64,000 nucleotides of DNA from Flavobacteriia bacterium (GTDB taxonomy: Bacteria; Bacteroidota; Bacteroidia; Flavobacteriales_D; Crocinitomicaceae). The stretch lies in NCBI GenBank assembly GCA_046303515.1, contig JBKCGI010000086.1:2679-66678 (forward strand), read 5' to 3'. The notes below the pieces were generated by a model, which worked only from the letters and a program-made list of their open reading frames with translations, was not told the origin of the DNA and did not search any database. Below are positions 57,464 through 64,000 of this stretch, piece by piece (within the stretch, counting starts at the first letter, position 1; every line of letters begins with the position of its first letter). The translations under genes were made by a program, and so were the position numbers.

Positions 57464-57857
57464 ACCAAATATTTTTCCGCTTTACTCCTTTTTTCTTGCG
57501 ACTTTTACTTGAATGAAAAGACTTTTTTTGGTACTTATTGCTTCGAGAATTAAATTTTCGCTTTTTACCCTGCTTTTTGCTTTTTATCGTTTTGGAAGTT
57601 TTACGCTTTACAGCTTTTTGAAAAAGATTTTTCTTAAGCGCAATTTTCATTTTTTTAAACCCACTTGGTTTTGATTTTTTCTTTTTGGACTTGCTTTTTT
57701 TATCTTTCCCGTCAATTAATTCATTGCTATCAGCTGAAAATTCCAAACTATCCAATTCTGCAAAGGAAATACTTCCTAAGCACAAAAATATTAATAAGAT
57801 GAAGTTTTTTAATTTAAGCATTACTAAGTTAGTTAGATATAAAATCCTAGTTTTCAT
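57450..57857 (-). CDS. hypothetical secreted protein: signal peptide, acidic segment, polybasic Lys/Ser tail
   Basis: 135-aa ORF; the start may be the internal Met at 57821. Reads ...LIFLCLGSISFAELDSLEFSADSNELIDG then KKSKSKKKKSKPSGFKK... to the end. 14-nt overlap with the downstream pseudouridine synthase gene. Confidence 0.5.
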   Translation of the reverse strand: MKTRILYLTNLVMLKLKNFILLIFLCLGSISFAELDSLEFSADSNELIDGKDKKSKSKKKKSKPSGFKKMKIALKKNLFQKAVKRKTSKTIKSKKQGKKRKFNSRSNKYQKKSFHSSKSRKKKGVKRKNIWYDNR

Positions 57858-57942
57858 GCTTGTACGAGAAAAAATAAAATAAGTTCTATTTTTATTAAAA
57901 GTCTGTCATCTAAACATTGAAAATTTTGAACAAGTTAGCAAC

Positions 57943-58383
57943 TCAATATCGCCTAATTTTTTTCACCCTATGTCTTTTATCAAAACGAGATTTCTTAACT
58001 TTGAAATGATTCTTTTTTGCACAATATCTTTTTTTCTTTAATTGATTTTTATGAATTTGTTTTTTATTTAATTTATTTCTTCTATTCGTATGTTTTATAA
58101 CCTTTTTGACCTTATTACTTTGACACTTTAATCTTGAAACACTTGAAATACTTGGCTTACGACTTTTCTTCTTATTGAATTTTCTTTTTTTAAAAAAATC
58201 AATATCATCATATGCGTTTAAAATTTCAAAATCTAATTCATCAACATTTTCTTCTTGAAAGTAATTTACTTCGAGGAAAATAGAATCAATTTCATTTTCA
58301 ATTGCTAAAGAATTAAAATTAATAAGAAAACAAACAACGAAAGTTAAGATTGATTTCCTTAAAGGTAAATTTGGATTTTTCAT
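57943..58383 (-). CDS. hypothetical secreted protein, paralogue-like of the preceding gene (acidic segment plus Lys/Arg tail)
   Basis: ATG 58383 gives MKNPNLPLRKSILTFVVCFLINFNSLA. An Asp/Glu-rich stretch follows, then KKRKFNKKKSRKPSISS...RHRVKKIRRY. Confidence 0.5.
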   Translation of the reverse strand: MKNPNLPLRKSILTFVVCFLINFNSLAIENEIDSIFLEVNYFQEENVDELDFEILNAYDDIDFFKKRKFNKKKSRKPSISSVSRLKCQSNKVKKVIKHTNRRNKLNKKQIHKNQLKKKRYCAKKNHFKVKKSRFDKRHRVKKIRRY

Positions 58384-58571
58384 ACTATTTATTTTAAGTT
58401 GATTAAATTTAAGGTTAAAAAGAAATCTATTTTCGAAATAAATAATAAAAACAGCCATTAATACCTATAAAATCAAGTGTTTATACGTGTAAAATATCTG
58501 AAAACATCTTTTAGAACAAAGTCACTAATTAAAGTCATTCTAAATAATTTTCTTTTTTCAATTATAGGTTG

Positions 58572-58579
58572 TAATTTTG
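58572..58579 (+). promoter_or_regulatory. -7 promoter box (TAATTTTG)
   Basis: Lies 47 nt upstream of ATG 58626. Confidence 0.4.
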
Positions 58580-58625
58580 TAGCAAATGTTCCCAACAAAA
58601 ATGGGATTTACTTTGTTTTCATATA

Positions 58626-58928
58626 ATGGAATTAGAAAATACAATAGTTGAAGTTCTTAAAACAATTCATGACCCAGAAATACCAGTAGATATTTTTGAA
58701 TTAGGATTAATTTACGAAGTGAAAATAGAAAATGATGGTGATGTATTTATAGACATGACCTTAACATCTCCAAATTGCCCCGTTGCCGAGTCAATGCCTA
58801 AAGAAGTTGAAGATAAAGTCGCAGCAATTGAAGGAGTTAAATCTGCAAAAGTGAACATCGTTTTCGACCCACCATGGGACAAAGACATGATGAGCGAAGA
58901 AGCAAAATTAGAACTTGGTTTTTTATAA
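58626..58928 (+). CDS. DUF59-type metal-sulfur cluster assembly factor (SufT-like)
   Basis: 100 aa with IHDPEIPVDIFELGLIY and TLTSPNCPVAESM motifs. Confidence 0.8.
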   Translation: MELENTIVEVLKTIHDPEIPVDIFELGLIYEVKIENDGDVFIDMTLTSPNCPVAESMPKEVEDKVAAIEGVKSAKVNIVFDPPWDKDMMSEEAKLELGFL

Positions 58929-59098
58929 TTAGAAATACTAATTTTGTAAAAAATAAATAGTAATCTCAATTTAAATTTTTCAAAGATTAAGGCTTTTTAA
59001 AAATTTAGAGAACGATTTTACCTGAGTAAATGAGTTCGATAGATTTTTAAAGTAACGCAAAGATTTGGAAAACATTAAATTGATTTTGGAAAATACAT

Positions 59099-60337
59099 AT
59101 GAGAAGAGTAGTAATAACAGGATTGGGAGCACTAACCCCTCTAGGAAACAACGTTGAAACTTTCTGGAATGGAATCAAAGAAGGAAAAAGCGGTGCAGCT
59201 GCCATCACGAAATTTGATACAGAAAAATTTAAAACCAAATTTGCCTGCGAATTAAAAGGATTCAATTCTAAGGATCATTTCGACGTAAAGGAAATTCGCA
59301 AGTACGATTTGTTTTCACAATACGCTTTGGTTTCAGTTGATGAAGCTGTGAAAGATGCAAACATCGACTTTGACACCTTAAATAAAGATAGAATCGGTGT
59401 AATTTGGGGTTCAGGAAACGGAGGAATTCAAACGTTTCAAGACCAAATGCAAGAATACGATGCGGGTGATGGAACACCACGTTTTACACCTTTTTTCATT
59501 CCAAGAATTTTAGTGGATATCGCCTCTGGAATTATTTCCATTAAATACGGTCTAAGAGGAATTAACTTCTGCCCTGTTTCTGCTTGTGCAACTTCAAACA
59601 CTGCTTTAATTGAAGCATTCAACTACATTCGTTGGAACAAAGCAGATATGGTTATTTCTGGTGGATCAGAAGCTGCAATTACGCAACCTTCCATTGGTGG
59701 ATTCTCCTCAGCAAAAGCATTATCTTCCATGAACGACACCCCAGAAACTGCCTCTCGACCTTTTGATGTTTCTAGAGATGGATTTGTGATGGGTGAAGGA
59801 GCTGGAGCATTAATTATCGAAGAATACGAACACGCCATCAAACGCGGAGCGAAAATCTACTGCGAAATTGTTGGAGGTGGAATGGCTGCTGATGCTTATC
59901 ATTTAACTGGAACGCATCCTGAAGGAGACGGAGCCGTTTTAGGAATGAATTTAGCGATGGAAGAAGCCGAAATTACAGCAGATCAAATAGATTACATCAA
60001 TATGCATGCTACTTCTACGCCACAAGGTGATGTGAGCGAATTAATTGCTGCAAAACGTGTTTTTGGTTCTCGTAAAAGTTTGAGTATTTCTGGAACAAAA
60101 TCTATGACAGGACATTTATTGGGAGCTGCGGGCGCGATCGAAGCGATTATTTGTGTGAAAGCCATTCAAGATCAAATTGTTCCACCGACAATAAACACAA
60201 CAGAAATTGAACCAGAATTTGCGAATGATTTCCATTTTCCCTTAGGTAAATCTGAACCAAAGACAATGAATTACGTGATGAGTAATACTTTTGGTTTTGG
60301 TGGACACATTGCGAGTGTTTTGTTTAAGAAAATGTAA
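59099..60337 (+). CDS. fabF: beta-ketoacyl-ACP synthase II
   Basis: 412 aa. Active-site Cys context PVSACATS, His motifs YINMHATSTP and GHLLGAAG, and C-terminal NTFGFGGH. Confidence 0.9.
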   Translation: MRRVVITGLGALTPLGNNVETFWNGIKEGKSGAAAITKFDTEKFKTKFACELKGFNSKDHFDVKEIRKYDLFSQYALVSVDEAVKDANIDFDTLNKDRIGVIWGSGNGGIQTFQDQMQEYDAGDGTPRFTPFFIPRILVDIASGIISIKYGLRGINFCPVSACATSNTALIEAFNYIRWNKADMVISGGSEAAITQPSIGGFSSAKALSSMNDTPETASRPFDVSRDGFVMGEGAGALIIEEYEHAIKRGAKIYCEIVGGGMAADAYHLTGTHPEGDGAVLGMNLAMEEAEITADQIDYINMHATSTPQGDVSELIAAKRVFGSRKSLSISGTKSMTGHLLGAAGAIEAIICVKAIQDQIVPPTINTTEIEPEFANDFHFPLGKSEPKTMNYVMSNTFGFGGHIASVLFKKM

Positions 60338-60377
60338 TTTTAACAATTTTTTATTTTGAACTGAAATTTAATTTCCT

Positions 60378-60385
60378 TATCTTTG
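60378..60385 (+). promoter_or_regulatory. -7 promoter box (TATCTTTG)
   Basis: Lies 17 nt upstream of ATG 60402. Confidence 0.4.
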
Positions 60386-60401
60386 CTTATATTTACACAA
60401 A

Positions 60402-60629
60402 ATGAAATCAGAAAGCACTTTCATCATTCATCCTTCAAATAATGAGCAAGCTATGGCTCTAAAAGCTTTTTTAAAAGCATTGAAAATGAGTTTTGAAATT
60501 AAAAAGGAAGATAAGCCATACAATCCCGAGTTTGTAAAAGAAATTTTAGAAAGTCGAAGACAATACGAAAATGGAGAGTATACTTCTATGAATATGGATG
60601 AATTAAAAGCTTATCTGGGAGCAAAATGA
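60402..60629 (+). CDS. antitoxin-like protein (DUF2683-like by recollection)
   Basis: 75 aa. ATGA overlap with the YoeB-like toxin gene. PYNPEFV motif shared with the ORF at 60909-61142. Confidence 0.6.
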   Translation: MKSESTFIIHPSNNEQAMALKAFLKALKMSFEIKKEDKPYNPEFVKEILESRRQYENGEYTSMNMDELKAYLGAK

Positions 60630-60889
60630 CTTATAAATTTGATTTAACTACTAAAGCAAAAAACGATATAGAATTTTTTAAAAAATCAGGAAATACCCAG
60701 ATATTAAGTAAAGTATTTGAATTGATAAATTCTATTGTTCAAACACCTTATTCAGGAATTGGAAAACCAGAGGCTTTAAAACATCAATTTTCAGGTCTTT
60801 GGTCTAGAAGAATCAATAAAGAACATCGTTTAATTTATGAAGTTTTGGAAAATGAAATTTTGATACATTCTCTGAAAGGGCATTATTGA
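60626..60889 (+). CDS. Txe/YoeB-family type II toxin
   Basis: 87 aa with LWSRRINKEHRLIYEV...IHSLKGHY, typical of YoeB. Confidence 0.85.
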   Translation: MTYKFDLTTKAKNDIEFFKKSGNTQILSKVFELINSIVQTPYSGIGKPEALKHQFSGLWSRRINKEHRLIYEVLENEILIHSLKGHY

Positions 60890-60908
60890 TTTTACTTAGA
60901 ATTAAATT

Positions 60909-61142
60909 TCACAAAATAGTTCCCCACACATCATCAGGATTTAAACGAGTTAACTTTTTTGATTTTATTTTTTTAGATCTATCTAAAATTTTAGAAACAA
61001 ACTCTGGATCATAAGGACTTTCAATCTCCACTTCATTCTCCGTAACTTTAATACCAGATTGGTTTTTAAAATATTCAATCAATTGCTTGAAGGTTTTTCC
61101 AGCATCTGAATTTTCATTGATTTGAATGGTGAACGTTGACAT
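60909..61142 (-). CDS. orphan antitoxin-like protein, paralogue of 60402-60629
   Basis: 77 aa. Shares STF(I/T)I at the N-terminus and PYDPEFVSKIL with the other antitoxin-like ORF. No partner toxin ORF on its strand. Confidence 0.5.
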   Translation of the reverse strand: MSTFTIQINENSDAGKTFKQLIEYFKNQSGIKVTENEVEIESPYDPEFVSKILDRSKKIKSKKLTRLNPDDVWGTIL

Positions 61143-61159
61143 GATAAATAAGATTTACA

Positions 61160-61167
61160 CAAAGTTA
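61160..61167 (-). promoter_or_regulatory. -7 promoter box (TAACTTTG on minus strand)
   Basis: Lies 18 nt upstream of ATG 61142, which suggests the orphan gene has its own promoter. Confidence 0.4.
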
Positions 61168-61262
61168 CAAAAAAAGTTTGTAGTCAAAAAAATAATTTAT
61201 ACTTGAACATTGAATTAAAATTGTAAAATAAATTTACTTTTCCTCTAAAAGAAAGATTTTTA

Positions 61263-61270
61263 TATCTTTG
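61263..61270 (+). promoter_or_regulatory. -7 promoter box (TATCTTTG)
   Basis: Lies 25 nt upstream of ATG 61295. Confidence 0.4.
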
Positions 61271-61294
61271 TTAACTTAAAACTGTAAGCTATTT

Positions 61295-63223
61295 ATGTCT
61301 TTTAAATCATTATTCCGAAAAAAATCTGTTAAAGATATCATGCAACAAGTTGCAGATAGAGAAAGTGCTGACGGTCACGTTGGACTTGGAAAACATCTTG
61401 GCGTGCGAGATTTGACAGCTTTTGGTATTGCTGCAATCATCGGAGCTGGAATTTTTAGTACCATCGGAAAAGCAAGTGCCGACGGTGGTCCTGGAGTAAT
61501 TTTTCTTTTCATTTTTACGGCTTTAGCTTGTGGTTTTGCTGCATTTGCATACGCAGAATTTGCTTCCATGGTTCCTGTTTCTGGAAGTGCTTACACCTAC
61601 TCTTACGTAGCTTTTGGAGAAATTATCGCTTGGATAATTGGTTGGTCATTGATCATGGAATATGCCATTGGAAATATAACGGTCGCCATTTCATGGAGTG
61701 ATTATTTTACCAGTTTACTCGAAAGCGGTGGACTAAAAATTCCCCAGTGGATGCAAATGGACTATTTGACAGCAAGTAAGGGCTACGACGAGGCCGTTGC
61801 TTTAATCAATTCAGGGAAAAAATTCATTGATTTAGATGGTGGTTTACAAGCTGCCCATACTGCTTGGACTAGCGCACCAAAATTAGGTTCATTTCACATT
61901 GTTGCTGATTTACCGGCTTTATTCATCATTGTTTTCATTACTTGGTTGGTATACCGCGGAATGAAAGAATCTCGAAACGCAAGTAACGTAATGGTTATCA
62001 TTAAATTAGCTATCATTTTACTCGTAATTGCTGTCGGAATATTTTATGTAGACACCAAAAATTGGGATCCTTTTGCACCGAATGGAATTGCTGGAATTTT
62101 GAAAGGAGTTTCTGCCGTATTCTTTGCCTACATTGGTTTTGACGCCATTTCAACTACTGCTGAAGAATGTAAAAACCCACAACGAGATTTACCGCGTGGA
62201 ATGATGTGGGCAATTATCATTTGTACGATTTTATATGTCATCATCGCCTTAATCTTAACCGGAATGGTAAGTTACGAAGATTTGGACGTTGGAGATCCAT
62301 TGGCATTCGTATTCCAAAAATTAAACCTCAAATGGCTTTCTGGAATTATTGCTGTGAGTGCTGTTGTTGCCATGGCGAGTGTTTTGTTGGTTTTCCAAAT
62401 GGGACAACCTCGTATTTGGATGAGTATGAGTCGTGATGGTTTGTTGCCGAAAAAATTCTCCAAAATTCACCCACGCTTCAAAACACCATCTTTTGCAACG
62501 ATTGTAGTTGGTTTTGTCGTAGCAGTGCCAGCTTTATTTTTGAATTTGACGACTGTTACTGATTTGTGCAGTATTGGAACACTTTTCGCCTTTGTGGTGG
62601 TTTGTGGAGGAGTTTTAGTACTTCAAAACAAAACAGATATTCCACGTGGGAAATTCAAAACGCCTTACGTGAATTCTAAGTACGTGATGCCATTATTGTT
62701 CGTTGGGACACTTGTTTTCGCTTTTACATACCTGAAAGAAGATACACTTGCTTACGTCAAAAACGAAAAACGTGTTATCAATCACAATGAATTGATTTCT
62801 TTAATGAATGACGAACAAATCGCAGCTTTAAAATTAGAGGTAACTAAAACAGATTCAGCTTTATTTGCAAAGAAAGATGGCGATTTAGAACGTTACCTTG
62901 ACAATATTTCGGAAGAAAAATATTTAGAAAAATTAAATACGGTTGAACTAAAAGACTCTGAAAAATACATTTCTGGTTTCAGTTTGTTTTCTGAGAAAAT
63001 TCCTTTCTGGATTTTTGTAGTAATCACGTTGATTTTGACAGTATTATCAATTACGAAAAACCTATCTTTAATTCCATTGCTAGGCTTAATTTCTTGCTTG
63101 TACATGATGAGCGAATTAGGCATTTCTAACTGGATTGGCTTTGGAATTTGGTTGCTCGTTGGTTTGTTGATTTATTTCTTGTATAGTAAGAAAAATAGTA
63201 AGTTGAATTTGATTAAGGCTTGA
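61295..63223 (+). CDS. APC-superfamily amino acid permease with extended C-terminal region
   Basis: 642 aa. About 12 TM helices with GAGIF and FAYAEF motifs, then a soluble segment and two further TM helices. Confidence 0.85.
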   Translation: MSFKSLFRKKSVKDIMQQVADRESADGHVGLGKHLGVRDLTAFGIAAIIGAGIFSTIGKASADGGPGVIFLFIFTALACGFAAFAYAEFASMVPVSGSAYTYSYVAFGEIIAWIIGWSLIMEYAIGNITVAISWSDYFTSLLESGGLKIPQWMQMDYLTASKGYDEAVALINSGKKFIDLDGGLQAAHTAWTSAPKLGSFHIVADLPALFIIVFITWLVYRGMKESRNASNVMVIIKLAIILLVIAVGIFYVDTKNWDPFAPNGIAGILKGVSAVFFAYIGFDAISTTAEECKNPQRDLPRGMMWAIIICTILYVIIALILTGMVSYEDLDVGDPLAFVFQKLNLKWLSGIIAVSAVVAMASVLLVFQMGQPRIWMSMSRDGLLPKKFSKIHPRFKTPSFATIVVGFVVAVPALFLNLTTVTDLCSIGTLFAFVVVCGGVLVLQNKTDIPRGKFKTPYVNSKYVMPLLFVGTLVFAFTYLKEDTLAYVKNEKRVINHNELISLMNDEQIAALKLEVTKTDSALFAKKDGDLERYLDNISEEKYLEKLNTVELKDSEKYISGFSLFSEKIPFWIFVVITLILTVLSITKNLSLIPLLGLISCLYMMSELGISNWIGFGIWLLVGLLIYFLYSKKNSKLNLIKA

Positions 63224-63332
63224 GAAATTTGAAACGGAAATCAGACTAAAGTTTGTTTGTAGCCTGTTCAAGTTAATAACAGAGTTGTAGATTATTTGAC
63301 TTTTGTGAAAATTTGAGTTTCTAAGATAGATT

Positions 63333-63466
63333 AACGGTTGGCAGCTACCCGAAGGGCGGGCGTTTTAGGATAAAACTTGATTTGAAAGACTAAACTTCCT
63401 TTAACCACAAAACTGTCTTTGGAACACGAAACCCCGCCTTTTGGGTAGGTGCTGTTATCTGCCGTT
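63333..63466 (+). repeat. imperfect inverted repeat enclosing about 72 nt (candidate structured RNA or MITE-like element)
   Basis: Arm 63341-63360 (GCAGCTACCCGAAGGGCGGG) pairs with 63433-63452: 19 of 20 positions, including 2 G-U. Outer AACGG (63333-63337) pairs with CCGTT (63462-63466). Inner hairpins at 63362-63376 and 63385-63420. Confidence 0.4.
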
Positions 63467-63488
63467 CTACTTTCGGTCGTCATTCGTT

Positions 63489-64000
63489 TTAATTCTTCTT
63501 ACCTAATGCAGAGATGTAATCAATTATTGGAATGTCAAAACCTACATTGAAAAATACATTTTCAGTGTCAAACTTTTTGTCTGTGAATGGACAAGCAAAG
63601 CCAAAATTTGCATTCAGTCCATTAAAAAAAGTTATACCTAAACTTGAACCCGCGACAGCATAATTGAAATTACTATTTGTTTTCAGGTCAACAAGATTGT
63701 AAAGAATTCCAGAAGCATAAACCATCAAATGCACATCGCTAACTGTTGCAATTTTTTGAGGTCTTAACCAAACTCGTTCACTGCCCCTATACATAAATTT
63801 CTCACCTGGCTGAAATGCACGGGAATATTTTTTATCAAAAAATTTTATTTTGAATCCGAGTTTCTCACTTGCGAAATAAAGATTCTGTAAGTTGGCAGGA
63901 TTCCCAGCATCGTCTTTTGCTAAAGTGTTCTTATTCATAAAATATCCGTAGTTAGTTCCAATTGAAAAGAATGGTCTTGGATTAATAAACCACCACCAAG
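63489..64000 (-). CDS. hypothetical outer-membrane beta-barrel protein, C-terminal part (5' end beyond window)
   Basis: The reading frame stays open upstream of the tracked Met (63938) to the window edge (...WWWFINPRPFFSIGTNYGYFMNKN...). Beta-rich sequence. Confidence 0.5.
   Translation of the reverse strand, partial: WWWFINPRPFFSIGTNYGYFMNKNTLAKDDAGNPANLQNLYFASEKLGFKIKFFDKKYSRAFQPGEKFMYRGSERVWLRPQKIATVSDVHLMVYASGILYNLVDLKTNSNFNYAVAGSSLGITFFNGLNANFGFACPFTDKKFDTENVFFNVGFDIPIIDYISALGKKN

Noticed and set aside
63269-63285. 11-nt identity (AAGTTAATAAC) with the minus strand at about 51040-51052
   Set aside because: Exact 11-mers are expected many times by chance in 64 kb of AT-rich DNA on two strands.
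63333-63466. Identity as a known RNA (tRNA, SRP RNA, tmRNA, 6S, RNase P)
   Set aside because: There is no T-loop GTTCGAATC-like sequence, no SRP GGAAGCAGCC-type motif, and no tag-peptide reading frame. The size and shape do not fit RNase P or 6S. It is kept only as an unclassified candidate.

Overview
AT-rich (about one-third G+C by eye, not computed) chromosomal segment that looks like Bacteroidota, probably Flavobacteriia. Supporting evidence: type A T9SS C-terminal sorting domains, a PorW/SprE-like lipoprotein, TonB-dependent receptors, and many TAnnTTTG -7 promoter boxes just upstream of starts. I call about 62 protein-coding genes, tightly packed and often overlapping by 1-14 nt. Most are housekeeping: lepA, glyQS, pckA, fabF, lpxB, surE, rnpA, cutC, elbB, methylmalonyl-CoA mutase small and large subunits, an aminotransferase, nnrD, an RluA-type pseudouridine synthase and an RsmB/F-like methyltransferase. 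The rest are envelope proteins. Accessory content is small: an XRE-HTH/Fic fusion, a DUF6364-like/PIN toxin-antitoxin pair, and a YoeB pair with an extra orphan antitoxin-like gene. I saw no rRNA, tRNA, CRISPR array, transposase or integrase. I did not find a convincing novel multi-gene system. The observations most worth follow-up are: (1) an S41 peptidase frame split by a single in-frame TAA; (2) a tandem pair of secreted proteins with an acidic segment and an extreme Lys/Arg tail; (3) a 134-nt imperfect inverted repeat or structured-RNA candidate between convergent genes; (4) degenerate heptanucleotide arrays at the 3' ends of two genes; (5) a G+C-enriched non-coding island upstream of a TonB-dependent receptor gene. 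All functional calls come from reading motifs in the supplied translations. No database search was run.
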